Source: a virus (lineage: Duplodnaviria > Caudoviricetes). Taken from it: a stretch of 59,671 nucleotides of DNA. A program made the translations under genes and the position numbers. The DNA lies in the IMG/VR virus record IMGVR_UViG_3300032332_000896, positions 1 to 59,671 of that record. One strand, given 5' to 3'. The notes under the pieces are model-generated. The model searched no databases, was not told where the DNA came from, and was given only the letters and a program-made list of their open reading frames with translations. Positions 16,859 to 26,094 of this stretch are shown here, in pieces; position 1 is the stretch's first letter, and each line of letters begins with the position of its first letter.

Positions 16859-17089
16859 TTAGTTTGTGAAAAAGTCGTTGGCCGGGATTTTCAGTTTTGA
16901 TTCGATCAGAAGCGCAGAAGTACGCTCCAGCTGCCCGCCCTTCAGCCATTTGTGGAACAGCTGGCGCGAGACGCCAATCTCGGCTGCGCCCTCCGAAGGG
17001 CTCAGCTTTTTCTTTTCGAGCCACGCCTTCAACTGGCGCAAGCCAGCGGTCTCGTTTGTCTTGATTACCTTCTTCGGGCTTCTCGCCAT
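16859..17089 (-). CDS. Cro-like XRE helix-turn-helix protein
   Basis: LKAWL...LS..EGAAEIGVSRQLFHKWLKG; first gene of replication arm. Confidence 0.8.
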   Translation of the reverse strand: MARSPKKVIKTNETAGLRQLKAWLEKKKLSPSEGAAEIGVSRQLFHKWLKGGQLERTSALLIESKLKIPANDFFTN

Positions 17090-17095
17090 CAACAT

Positions 17096-17200
17096 CTCCA
17101 AAGTCAACTCGGTGTACATACACGCGGCACGCCATACATCGCAAGCGGGGTTGACGCCAGCCGTCACCTGAGTTTACAACAACTCGCATAGGAGGACAAA
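17096..17200. promoter_or_regulatory. Divergent promoter region between replication and recombination arms
   Basis: TTGACG at 17151-17156 (+) then TACAAC; AGGAGG RBS at 17190. Confidence 0.55.
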
Positions 17201-17201
17201 C

Positions 17202-17591
17202 ATGGCAAATCGCGAAATCGCTTATCGAGTCGCCGACCAGATTGAAAAGTCGGAGACGTTCAGCATGGCGCAGCAATTTCACGCTGATGGCCAGCCGTCG
17301 TGCATCGCCGGTCACATACTGGCCGACGCTGGCGACACCACTCGTCACATCCAGCCGGATATCGGCATGGAAGACATCGGCAAGCTGCAGCGGCGGCTGG
17401 GCATCGACTTCATCACGGCGATGATGCTGTGCATGCCATTGCGCCGTGACGCGCATGTTCACTCACTGCCGGGCTCGCCGGGGTACATCTCGAAAGAGCG
17501 CGCAGCAGCTCAGCTGCGCCGCGTTGGCGATGGTGAGTACCCAGACTGGGACTTGGTGATGGTCGACGGCAAGCTCACTGAGAAGCCGTAA
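17202..17591 (+). CDS. Hypothetical protein (SCIAGH motif)
   Basis: Strong RBS, 129 aa. Confidence 0.7.
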   Translation: MANREIAYRVADQIEKSETFSMAQQFHADGQPSCIAGHILADAGDTTRHIQPDIGMEDIGKLQRRLGIDFITAMMLCMPLRRDAHVHSLPGSPGYISKERAAAQLRRVGDGEYPDWDLVMVDGKLTEKP

Positions 17592-17727
17592 AAAGCCGGG
17601 GGGGCTGAACCGATGTTTCTATTGCAGGCTCTGTTTGAGTCTCCATATATTTTCATGACTGTACTCGTAGTGCCGGTCGCAATTTTGCAAATTGTGCTGG
17701 CTAACTTTTTGCCAAAAGAGGAAGCAG

Positions 17728-18300
17728 ATGGCGAAGAAATCGACACGTTCACCAGAGGCCGAAATCGCCGCACAGGCGTTGGCCGCGAAGACCTTACGGG
17801 AAGTTCTTGGAAGCGACGCAAATGATGCCGAGCTATTTCACGATATGGTCGAAGGAGAGACCAGCCTCTTCGAAATGATCGACGCGATCTATGACTCGAT
17901 CAGTGCCGATCAGGAGATCATCGACGGCATTGACAAGCGGGTAGCCAACTTGAAGGCCCGACAGTCTCGCGTCGAAGAGCGCATAGGCTGGCGACGCGCC
18001 AAGATCGAAGCGGCGCTGATGGTCTATGGAGACAAGATCGAGCGCCCGGAGGCGACGTTCTTCCTCTCTAACCGAGCGCCCTCCGTCATCATCACGGATG
18101 AAGCGATGATACCGGCCAAATACTTTGTGCAGGGCGATCCGAAGCTCGACAAAAAGCTCCTCAAGAAAGACCTCGATGCAATCCCGCAAAGGCTTGCTGA
18201 AGAGCTGGCCAAGCCAGAGGATGAGCGTCTGCCGGTCGAGGAAATCCCCGGCGCGACACTGAGCAACGGTTTTCAATCCCTCAACATTCGGGTTGCCTAA
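17728..18300 (+). CDS. Siphovirus Gp157-like protein
   Basis: DMVEGET, SV.ITDE..IP..YF....PKLDKK, IPGATLSNG..SL.IR. Confidence 0.8.
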   Translation: MAKKSTRSPEAEIAAQALAAKTLREVLGSDANDAELFHDMVEGETSLFEMIDAIYDSISADQEIIDGIDKRVANLKARQSRVEERIGWRRAKIEAALMVYGDKIERPEATFFLSNRAPSVIITDEAMIPAKYFVQGDPKLDKKLLKKDLDAIPQRLAEELAKPEDERLPVEEIPGATLSNGFQSLNIRVA

Positions 18301-19223
18301 TGAGCACCGCCGTCACCGCCTACACCTCGCCCCAGCTCCAGATCATCAAGCGGAGCTACGCCAAGGATACTAACGACGACGAGTTCAACCTGTTCGTCGA
18401 GCAAAGCCGAATGCTTGGCCTGTCGCCCTTCAAGGGCCAGATCACGGCACGGGTCTACTCCAAGAACGATCCGAAGAAACGCAACATGGTTGTGGTCACG
18501 CAGATCGGCGGACTACGCGCCATCGCTGCGCGCCAGAACGACTATCTCCCTGACGACGAAGCTCCGACCTTCACGTCCTGTGAGAAGAACCCGGCGACCA
18601 ATCCGCTTGGCATCGAGAGCGCGACCGTGCGCTGCTTCCGCATCATCAACGGCGAGAAGCACCGGATTGTCGGCACGGCCTACTGGGATGAGTTTGCGCC
18701 GGTCGAGCAGGACTGGGTTGACGATCCAGAGACCGGCAGGCGCAAACCATCAGGCAAGGAAAAGCTCGCACAAAACTGGCAGAAGATGCCGCGCCTGATG
18801 CTGGCGAAGTGCGCCGAAGCTCAGGCGCTTCGCAAGGGCTGGCCGGAAGACTTGTCGATGGTCTACTCCGAAGAGGAGATGGACCGCTCCGACGTGATCG
18901 AGGGCACGGCAACGGAGGTTCTCGATCAAGCCGCTGCCGATGAGCGGCTGCGCAAGCTGGGCTCACCCAAAAGTGGCTACGCCTTCCAGTGGGAGCTGGG
19001 CTCACCTCTGGAGATCGTCTCAACCGGCGCCCTGTTCGACCGCGTTGCAGCGTGGCTGCAGCACTCTGACAGGCACCTGCTCGAAGTGAAGCAGTTCCGC
19101 TCGACCAATGCAGAGTCGTTCCGCCGCTACTGGGCGGACGCTGGCAACGATGCGCTCGTCCTGAAAAAGCTGCTCGACGATGCTGAGCAGCGTCTGCGCG
19201 ACGCGGAGGCGGCGGATGTCTAA
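18300..19223 (+). CDS. bet: Bet/RecT-family ssDNA-annealing recombinase
   Basis: GLSPF..QI, IGGLRAIA.R, WQKMPRLMLAKCAEAQALRKGWPE. Confidence 0.9.
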   Translation: MSTAVTAYTSPQLQIIKRSYAKDTNDDEFNLFVEQSRMLGLSPFKGQITARVYSKNDPKKRNMVVVTQIGGLRAIAARQNDYLPDDEAPTFTSCEKNPATNPLGIESATVRCFRIINGEKHRIVGTAYWDEFAPVEQDWVDDPETGRRKPSGKEKLAQNWQKMPRLMLAKCAEAQALRKGWPEDLSMVYSEEEMDRSDVIEGTATEVLDQAAADERLRKLGSPKSGYAFQWELGSPLEIVSTGALFDRVAAWLQHSDRHLLEVKQFRSTNAESFRRYWADAGNDALVLKKLLDDAEQRLRDAEAADV

Positions 19224-19533
19224 CGAGCAGCCGTTCAGCGAACTCTACCGGCTCGCGGCGAAGGACTGGGTCGACAAACAGGCGGCGGCTGATCTTCTCG
19301 AAGAGCTGAAGACGACGACGTTGGCTCAGTGGAAGTCGCAGTACGGAGACATTGCGGACAACAAGGCTGAGAAGCTGGTGAAGGCAGAGGAGCGCTGGGA
19401 AAAATACATTCGGAGCATGGTCGCTGCGCGACAGGCCGCGAACTTGGCCAAAGTGAAACTTGAGTATCTGAGAATGAGGGCGTGGGAGAACCACTCTCAA
19501 GAGGCAACAGCAAGAGCAGAACGGAGATTGTAG
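19216..19533 (+). CDS. Conserved helical hypothetical protein of recombination module
   Basis: GGAGG RBS; overlaps bet stop. Confidence 0.7.
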   Translation: MSNEQPFSELYRLAAKDWVDKQAAADLLEELKTTTLAQWKSQYGDIADNKAEKLVKAEERWEKYIRSMVAARQAANLAKVKLEYLRMRAWENHSQEATARAERRL

Positions 19534-20378
19534 TGTCTAAATTTGGTCAACTAGCAAACAAGGACGTGCGTGACTTCGCCGAGAACATCGACACGTTCGC
19601 GGCGCGACGAGGCGTGAAGGTTGGGATCGATTTTGGCGGCTCACACCCTAAGCTGGTTTTTGAGAAGGGTGAGCGCAGCCGAAAGTGGGCAATCCCCTCA
19701 ACGCCAAGCGACACACGCTCGCTGTTGAACTTAGGCGCGGACATTCGACGAATGTTCAACACGATGGGCTGGATGGTCGAAGAGCCTGAAGTCGAGACGA
19801 CGGAAGCTGTCGAAGTGAAGACGCACGCACCGCCGCGCCTTGTCCAGAAAGACGAAGAGAGCGCCATGACGATGACGGCGCCTCCGCTAACTCGCCCAGA
19901 CGCGCCAAACGTCAAAGGCTGGGAAGTCCCGTCTATTCCTGAATGTGCAAAAGGTGCGCAGACAAAGGGCGGCAAGAAAACTGGCGAGTATGCGGCGTTT
20001 GCAGAAAAGCGAGCGCGCTGGGCCGACATCGTGTTGCGCGCTGGCGGCAGCTGGGAAGAAATTGTTGCGACGCTTGGAGTTGCTGGGCACATCACAAACA
20101 AAGAGGCCGTGGCTCAGGGACTTTATCAGCTCCGCCGCAAAAACAGCGTTCTCGAAACCGTCAGGACCGGCGCTAAGTCCAAGGTTGCCGATGTCAGTCT
20201 CAACGATAACTTGCGCGACCAGATTTTCACTGCGGTCGAGAAAGTCATTGAGAAGCGCCTTGCGCGAGCAGTGGCAGAGCGAGACGAGGCGATTGAAAAG
20301 ATGGTGGAGATGGAAATGGAGCGCGACCAGTACAAGAACGCCTTCGAGACCATTCAGAAAGTGATGAAGGGTGTCTGA
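19533..20378 (+). CDS. Protein with N-terminal HicA-like segment and C-terminal coiled coil
   Basis: GGSHPKL...IPSTPSDTRSLLN...DIRR; TAGTG coupling. Confidence 0.55.
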   Translation: MSKFGQLANKDVRDFAENIDTFAARRGVKVGIDFGGSHPKLVFEKGERSRKWAIPSTPSDTRSLLNLGADIRRMFNTMGWMVEEPEVETTEAVEVKTHAPPRLVQKDEESAMTMTAPPLTRPDAPNVKGWEVPSIPECAKGAQTKGGKKTGEYAAFAEKRARWADIVLRAGGSWEEIVATLGVAGHITNKEAVAQGLYQLRRKNSVLETVRTGAKSKVADVSLNDNLRDQIFTAVEKVIEKRLARAVAERDEAIEKMVEMEMERDQYKNAFETIQKVMKGV

Positions 20379-20821
20379 TGCAGCCGCTGTCCAGCAGCGT
20401 CCTGAAGCGCCTTAGATTGGCGGAAGCGCGCCAGCGTCGTGAGACACTGGCGCGCGGTCTGCCTGCGGAGAAGGTCGACGTGGAAGCGCTGTGGGAGGCG
20501 CAGGCCGGGATTTGCGGCTGCGGCTGCGGTCAGGCGCTCGACGTGGAGACCAAATGGGATTGGGCCAATCCGCCGCCGCTCTATGCCGTCATCGCTCACG
20601 TACTGGCGCGCGGATCGCATGGCGAGCACACGTCCGAGAACGTCGCCCTCTGGGCCTACCTATGCAACGCGCGCGCGGGACATCGCGAGACCAGCGAGGC
20701 TGCGAGCGTGAAGCGGTTCGCCGTCGTGAAGGGGCGCGAGAAGAGCGGGTCAATCCAGTCGCGCGGATTCTCGAAGCAGAAAACGACGTGGCCAAAGCGC
20801 GCATTTCCGAAGAAGCCATGA
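20378..20821 (+). CDS. HNH-like Zn-binding nuclease (Nin region type)
   Basis: Q.GICGCGCG...H...RG.HG.HT.ENV; basic C-terminal tail. Confidence 0.65.
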   Translation: MQPLSSSVLKRLRLAEARQRRETLARGLPAEKVDVEALWEAQAGICGCGCGQALDVETKWDWANPPPLYAVIAHVLARGSHGEHTSENVALWAYLCNARAGHRETSEAASVKRFAVVKGREKSGSIQSRGFSKQKTTWPKRAFPKKP

Positions 20822-20825
20822 ACAG

Positions 20826-20860
20826 AAAAAGAGCCCCGACGCCGAAGCGCCGGGGCTCTT
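20826..20860. terminator. Bidirectional terminator at convergence of recombination and late arms
   Basis: AAAAA-GAGCCCCG-N12-CGGGGCTC-TT. Confidence 0.8.
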
Positions 20861-20925
20861 GATTCTCGCCTCAGCCTCAGCGAGGCGTTCGGCAGATCGG
20901 CAGTCCGATCCGATGCCCTTTCGGG

Positions 20926-21114
20926 CTATACCTTGTTGTTGTTCTTGCGGACGAGACGCCAGACAAAGACGCCGACCGCAAGCGCCGCGATGAGCGGCAC
21001 AAACTCGCGGAAGCCCGGAATCGGATTTCCGCCTGCGAGTGAATAGGCCGCGTAAGCAGCGGCACCCGTGCCAATAACGTCGAGAGCGTTATCCAGCGTG
21101 ACTTCGAACTTCAT
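20926..21114 (-). CDS. Small two-TM membrane protein (possible holin)
   Basis: Two hydrophobic segments, basic C-terminus, end of lysis cassette; GGAGGG RBS. Confidence 0.6.
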   Translation of the reverse strand: MKFEVTLDNALDVIGTGAAAYAAYSLAGGNPIPGFREFVPLIAALAVGVFVWRLVRKNNNKV

Positions 21115-21118
21115 GGGC

Positions 21119-21370
21119 TCAGCCCTCCTGACAGTATTGGCGCCATTTCACGGCAAAAGCCTCCGCATGCTGGCGCCATTCCAGCGGGGCTGTCTCGGGT
21201 ATGGGTTTGGGTTTGAAGAGCGCGCAGTCAGCTGCCTTCTGCTTCGCTATTTCCTCGTCGAGCAGGGCCATATACGAGATCGGCGAGCGAGGGGTCTCGT
21301 GCGCGCAACTCGTCAATAGTAGAACTGACAACATGAGCATCAGCGGCACGCTCAGCTTCAAGTATTTCAT
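21119..21370 (-). CDS. Putative o-spanin (Rz1-like lipoprotein)
   Basis: Signal peptide with lipobox LLTSC; overlaps i-spanin in another frame. Confidence 0.65.
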   Translation of the reverse strand: MKYLKLSVPLMLMLSVLLLTSCAHETPRSPISYMALLDEEIAKQKAADCALFKPKPIPETAPLEWRQHAEAFAVKWRQYCQEG

Positions 21371-21593
21371 CGGTTCGTATTTCCTCCAGCTCCACACGAT
21401 GCTCGGCAATGCGGGCCTGCTCTCGTGCCTGTTCAATTTTCTGACTCTGACGCTCTTTCTGACGCACGTTGTTGTCACGCCACGCGAGGTAAAGACCAAG
21501 AGTTGCGATTGTCGTTATACCAACTATAACTACTTGCGCCCATTTGTGTCGGGCGACGAAATCGAAGAACTTGAAAAGAGCGGCTGCAAACAT
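21228..21593 (-). CDS. Putative i-spanin (Rz-like)
   Basis: N-terminal TM then coiled coil; overlapping lipoprotein gene. Confidence 0.65.
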   Translation of the reverse strand: MFAAALFKFFDFVARHKWAQVVIVGITTIATLGLYLAWRDNNVRQKERQSQKIEQAREQARIAEHRVELEEIRTDEILEAERAADAHVVSSTIDELRARDPSLADLVYGPARRGNSEAEGS

Positions 21594-22182
21594 GGCGTCA
21601 CCTATCAAAATCTGCGCCGTCAGTAGATGCGATAGTCCGGCGAAAAAGAAAGGATGGTGCGAGCCGCACTATCGCAGGTGGTTAAAATACGATGATCCCC
21701 TCGGCGGAGGAACAGCGCGAGGAGCTGCCCCAGAATTTATTGAGGCGGCGCTTCGCACAAAAAACAAACGGGCTTGCGTGGTGTGGCCGTTTTCTCGGGA
21801 TGGATACGGGTACGCAAAAATAAAAGCTGGGCCAAAGCCGAGGTACGTTCACCGCATTATCTGCGAGCGTGTTCACGGGCCAGCGCCGTCGCCAGATCAC
21901 GAAGCCGCGCATCGGTGCGGCAAGGGTCACACTGGCTGCATCAGTCCTCATCATCTTCGCTGGGCGACAGCAGCTCAGAATCAGAGGGACCGGGCAAAAC
22001 ACGGGACCGAGCTTTTTGGAGAGCGTCACCCATCCGCGAAACTGACAAACGAGCAGGTCGTGGAAATTCGTCGCGCATGCGCGCGTGGCGACATCACGCA
22101 AAAAGAGCTGGCACTGAGATACGGTGTAGCCCAAGGCCAAATCTCGCGTATTTTTCGACGGTCTCGCCGCGCACGTTTTTAA
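21592..22182 (+). CDS. HNH homing endonuclease (antisense insertion in lysis cassette)
   Basis: C...C......GWC..HY.RW; C..W....GY; VHRI....HG....AAH.CG...CISP.HLRWAT..QN..D; AKLT..V..IR; C-terminal HTH. Confidence 0.85.
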   Translation: MASPIKICAVSRCDSPAKKKGWCEPHYRRWLKYDDPLGGGTARGAAPEFIEAALRTKNKRACVVWPFSRDGYGYAKIKAGPKPRYVHRIICERVHGPAPSPDHEAAHRCGKGHTGCISPHHLRWATAAQNQRDRAKHGTELFGERHPSAKLTNEQVVEIRRACARGDITQKELALRYGVAQGQISRIFRRSRRARF

Positions 22183-23393
22183 AAAAGGGCCTGCACAGCC
22201 GCCTTCTCAGCGCGCTTCCGTTTCCAGTCGCCATAGGTCTTGATGGTAAAGCCGACGATTGCAACGCCTGCCGCAACGAAGGCTATCAGCACCATGTTGC
22301 TGAGAACGGGGTCTCCCTGCAGAACCTGAGCGCCGCTTTGGACGGTCGATCCGAACATTCCGAGCGCGCCCAAACGAATGACGCTGATCCCCACTTGCTG
22401 AACGACATAGCCCTTCGCCCTATCGGACTCCTCCAGCGGCTTGAGCCCTGCGTTGGGGTCGATCTTGTACGGCACCTCAGACGGCTGAACCGTGTTCGGG
22501 CTCTTCGACTTGGTCCCGACCGGGAGCGAGATGGGGGTAGGGGCCGGGGCGGGCTTAGGCGCCGCCTTGGTGGCGACCGTCACCGCAGGCGGAGGCATCG
22601 GGGCGGCGGGATAGCGCGGGATTGGGGCTGGCGTGACCACTGGTGCGGGTTTCGGGGCCGGGGGCGGCGCAGCGTCCATAATCACGGTGACGCTCCCTGC
22701 GGGCTCTGTGAGGAGCATTGGCAGGGGGTGCTTGCGGGCCGTCTCCAGAACCTGACCAAATGGCGTGGTCTGGTCCCACAGGACGCGGTCGTGCCAGCGG
22801 TTGTTGGGCTCGTCCCAGAGCTTCTCGGATCGCAGGGAAATCGCGTCGTCCGCGCAGGCTTCCTCGAAGTCGAAACCGGAATACACGCACCCCTCAGCGT
22901 AATGCCGTCTCAGGAGGCCCCGGAGGGCTCTGGTATAGCGACATGGCTCGCCGCTGGGGCCACGCCAATGGTTGCCGTTGGCGTCCACCTCAGAGGTCGC
23001 CTTCGTCCACATCCCGAACGCTCGGGCGGCATCCTCGAAGCGGCGCTCGTTCGTGAGGCGCAGCACCGAGCTGGTGGCGAACTGGGCATCCCCGATATTG
23101 AACACGAGGGCCACGAGGGCATCGAACTGGTATTGCGTCAGCTCGACCGTGACGCGGCTATTCACAACCTGTTCGAAGGTGTGCAGCGCATGAGCAAGCA
23201 AGGGCTGCACGTGATCCGGCAGGATCGTCTGACCTTCGCGCACAGGCCGACCGTCTGGATAGCCCTCCGAAGGGGGCCAGAACGTGCAGCCATAGCCAAG
23301 CTCCCACCGACCGCCCTCGCACAGGCGAGCCGACAGGCGCGGCTTCCCTTCGAAGGTGGTGATGAGTCTGAGACCGTCTGGACCTGTCTTCAT
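22179..23393 (-). CDS. Endolysin: GH24 lysozyme, Pro-rich linker, C-terminal TM helices
   Basis: FEG..L.A.LC.GG.W.LGYG, LTQYQFDALV.LVFNIG, GL.RR..E. Confidence 0.9.
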   Translation of the reverse strand: MKTGPDGLRLITTFEGKPRLSARLCEGGRWELGYGCTFWPPSEGYPDGRPVREGQTILPDHVQPLLAHALHTFEQVVNSRVTVELTQYQFDALVALVFNIGDAQFATSSVLRLTNERRFEDAARAFGMWTKATSEVDANGNHWRGPSGEPCRYTRALRGLLRRHYAEGCVYSGFDFEEACADDAISLRSEKLWDEPNNRWHDRVLWDQTTPFGQVLETARKHPLPMLLTEPAGSVTVIMDAAPPPAPKPAPVVTPAPIPRYPAAPMPPPAVTVATKAAPKPAPAPTPISLPVGTKSKSPNTVQPSEVPYKIDPNAGLKPLEESDRAKGYVVQQVGISVIRLGALGMFGSTVQSGAQVLQGDPVLSNMVLIAFVAAGVAIVGFTIKTYGDWKRKRAEKAAVQALF

Positions 23394-24862
23394 TTCGGCT
23401 TGCCCTCATAAATGGGAAACAGGTCGCCACCGGGAATGCGTCCATCGACGCGGAGCAGCGCATTTTCGTCGAGTGAGAACTTCACTTCGATGGTTGCGAC
23501 GCCCTTTGGTGCGGGCTCGATTGGCACATGCATGTGACCGAGCCTGTTGTTCTGGTTGGCCCGGTGATCCTCACCCTCGTAGATGTGGATGGTGCAGATT
23601 TCCTGATCGTCCTCGCTGCTGGTAATCAGCACGGTGTTGTCCACGGGATAGGTTGAGCCCTTCGGGATGACGCGCGAGAATGCATTTCCAGACGCGCGAA
23701 TGCCGAACGAGAACGACGTGCGGTCGTCGAGATTGAAGCGCGCACGATTGTCGAGCACGGCAGCGTATGTGGCCGCGCCGATGGCGACCACCTCTTCAGG
23801 ATTGAGCGCGTTCTTACGCGGCTTCTTCCCGAAGAACTTCTCGACCGCCGTGGCGACCGCAGGCATGCGCGTCATGCCGCCGACAAGGATCACCTCGTCC
23901 ACATCATCGCGCGTGCGTCCTGCTGAGGTCAGCGCGCGCTGGCATGTCGCCAGCGTCTGCTCGATCAGGTCCGCTGTCATGTTCTCCAGCTGGTCCTTGG
24001 TCAGAACCTCGTTCATGTGATGGTGGCCGCGCTCGGACGTGTGAGCGAAGCGCACCGAGATATTGGTCTCGTTCTGGGAGGAGAGCGCAATCTTCGCCTG
24101 CTCTGCAGCGTCACGCACGCGCGGCAGCACATCTCCAGTGAGGTCTTCGGGATGGCTCTTGTTCCACTCCGTCCGCGCGTACTCGACGATGCGACTGTCG
24201 AAGTCGGCCCCGCCCAGATGGCGCGTGCCGTTGGTCTCGACAGTGGTGTGCTCGCCCTTGCCGACATCCATCAGCGCGATATCGAACGTACCTCCGCCGA
24301 AATCGTAGATCGCCAGTCGGGTAAATTTCTGGTGCAGAACGCCATACGCCATAGCAGCGGCGGTAGGCTCATGAAGAAGAACCACTTCCTTCAAGCCAGC
24401 AAGTTGGGCTGCGAGTTTTGTCGCTTGAGATGCGGCATCGCCAAAATTGGCCGGGATGGTGATGACAGCCCGGTCTGGACGCTCACCAAGACGAGCCTCT
24501 GCTGCGTCAAGCATTGCCGAAATGAGATAGCTCGACATTTCTGGCGCAGAGATCAGGCCATTCGGCCCACGGAACCAGATCATGCCGTCTTCGCCTTCGG
24601 CAAACTGGATGCCGTGGTCTTCGCCGTCGTGATAGCGCTCGCCCATGTAGCGCTTGGTGTTGAAGTAGCTGAAGGCCGAGTTCGAGCGTGACTGGGTCAG
24701 CGCTGAGCGTCCAACGAGGCGCTCTCCGTTTTCCTTGAAAGCAATGACGGATGGCATCACGCGCAGGTTTTCTGCAGTTGCGATGACAGATGCTTCGCGA
24801 CCATCGTGAAAAGCGACGCACGAGTTTGTCGTTCCAAGGTCAATCCCGACTGTCAGACTCAT
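23390..24862 (-). CDS. Hsp70/DnaK-family protein, divergent, lacking the alpha-helical lid
   Basis: GIDLGTTNS, AVITIPA, EPTAAA.AYG, YDFGGGTFD, HLGGADFD, VILVGGMTRMP, NPEEVVAIGAA, GVATIEVKF; 490 aa. Confidence 0.95.
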   Translation of the reverse strand: MSLTVGIDLGTTNSCVAFHDGREASVIATAENLRVMPSVIAFKENGERLVGRSALTQSRSNSAFSYFNTKRYMGERYHDGEDHGIQFAEGEDGMIWFRGPNGLISAPEMSSYLISAMLDAAEARLGERPDRAVITIPANFGDAASQATKLAAQLAGLKEVVLLHEPTAAAMAYGVLHQKFTRLAIYDFGGGTFDIALMDVGKGEHTTVETNGTRHLGGADFDSRIVEYARTEWNKSHPEDLTGDVLPRVRDAAEQAKIALSSQNETNISVRFAHTSERGHHHMNEVLTKDQLENMTADLIEQTLATCQRALTSAGRTRDDVDEVILVGGMTRMPAVATAVEKFFGKKPRKNALNPEEVVAIGAATYAAVLDNRARFNLDDRTSFSFGIRASGNAFSRVIPKGSTYPVDNTVLITSSEDDQEICTIHIYEGEDHRANQNNRLGHMHVPIEPAPKGVATIEVKFSLDENALLRVDGRIPGGDLFPIYEGKPK

Positions 24863-26094
24863 GCGACTTCTTTCTCTTTGATCTCTTCTTTGACTTCGGG
24901 CTCGTCCTCGTAATCATCGCCGTCATCGAAGAACATTTCGTCTTCGTTGCGGTCATCAGTCACGGGAATTTTCTTCTGGTTCTTCTCGGCCCGGCGCTTG
25001 TGCTGCGATGCCTGTCCACCCTTGCGAGCGCGCTGCTGCTCGGTCGTGAGGGGCTCTTCCTTGACGACGACAACGACCTTCTCCTCGACGAGGGGGTCTT
25101 TGGTTTCGGGCTTGTCTGCCGTGTCTGGCTTCTCTGCGGCATCACGCAGGGCCTTGGCCTTGGCGCGCGATGCTGCAACACGCGCCTCGCTCTCGGCGAT
25201 CTCCTCGTCCATGATTGCCGCTTCTTCCGCTTCCTGAGCGATGAGGCGGCGCACCATGCCGACGAAGTGGCGGTGCAGGTCGTAGTAAGCGCCGGGGCCA
25301 AAGGCGACGATTGCCTCCAGCAGGAGGGCGAAGAAGAGCAGGCCGAAGTCAGACCAGTCCTGCTCCGACGTTCCAGTGCGCTTGGCCGCAAACGAGAACA
25401 CAGCCCATGTCGATGGTGTCTCGGCTTCCTTGACCTTGGCATCCGTGCGCGCTGTCTCGGTTGTATTTTCTGCCGCAGCGATCTGCGCGTCCAAGTCCTT
25501 CTGGCGAGCTTCGCTGTCAACGATGTACTGCGCGATATTCTTCTCGTACTGGCTGACATCGTCGTTTTTGGAGTTGCCGTCGTCGAGCACAAGGTCCATC
25601 GAGCGGCGCGCAGCTGCGATACGCTCTTTCGTGTTCTCGCGATCCGCTGCTTTCTCTTTTGTCAGGCGCTCAATCTTGCTTGCCTGACTATCGACAGCGA
25701 CACCCTCGACTTGGCCAATGATGCCTGCAGCGCGCTCTTTGCTTGCGTGACCGGCAGCGAAGAACGACACAGCCGAGAAGGCGCATGCGATAACCGTGCC
25801 CCACCACAGCAGGCGCCACGACGTGCGGGCAAGGCCGATACCCTTCTTCCCGCGCATGGCCTGCAGCATCACTGCAGCCCAGATGGCGAGCGTCCGTAGG
25901 CCAATGCCAAACAGCACGAACACGGGAACAAGCCACCACTGGTCGGCGTGTGACCCGAAGAAAATCGCATCGAGAATGTAGACAACAAGAATGCACAGCC
26001 CGAGCGCGACCATCACACCCTTGTCGGCGGTGCGAATGAAAGTAGTCGCGGTCACGCTATCAAGGCGTGTTCCGACAGCTTTGAAAATGTTCAT
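24859..26094 (-). CDS. Four-TM membrane protein with central coiled coil and charged tail (DUF4407-like architecture)
   Basis: Three N-terminal hydrophobic segments, long coiled region, fourth TM, E/K-rich tail; ATGA-coupled on both sides. Confidence 0.75.
   Translation of the reverse strand: MNIFKAVGTRLDSVTATTFIRTADKGVMVALGLCILVVYILDAIFFGSHADQWWLVPVFVLFGIGLRTLAIWAAVMLQAMRGKKGIGLARTSWRLLWWGTVIACAFSAVSFFAAGHASKERAAGIIGQVEGVAVDSQASKIERLTKEKAADRENTKERIAAARRSMDLVLDDGNSKNDDVSQYEKNIAQYIVDSEARQKDLDAQIAAAENTTETARTDAKVKEAETPSTWAVFSFAAKRTGTSEQDWSDFGLLFFALLLEAIVAFGPGAYYDLHRHFVGMVRRLIAQEAEEAAIMDEEIAESEARVAASRAKAKALRDAAEKPDTADKPETKDPLVEEKVVVVVKEEPLTTEQQRARKGGQASQHKRRAEKNQKKIPVTDDRNEDEMFFDDGDDYEDEPEVKEEIKEKEVA

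Noticed and set aside
21592-22182. HNH as part of a group I intron
   Set aside because: It is antisense and intergenic; flanking genes are intact and there is no room for intron core structure.
22900-22930. GLLRR in the endolysin as an instance of the GLL tag
   Set aside because: It corresponds to the ordinary GH24 C-terminal GLxxRR motif.
23390-24862. Hsp70 as host chromosomal contamination
   Set aside because: It is strongly diverged from canonical DnaK, lacks dnaJ/grpE neighbours, and has start/stop overlaps with phage genes on both sides within a closed circle.
21774-25899. 545-aa and 369-aa plus-strand ORFs
   Set aside because: Shadows of the endolysin and membrane protein genes; low-complexity translation, no RBS context.
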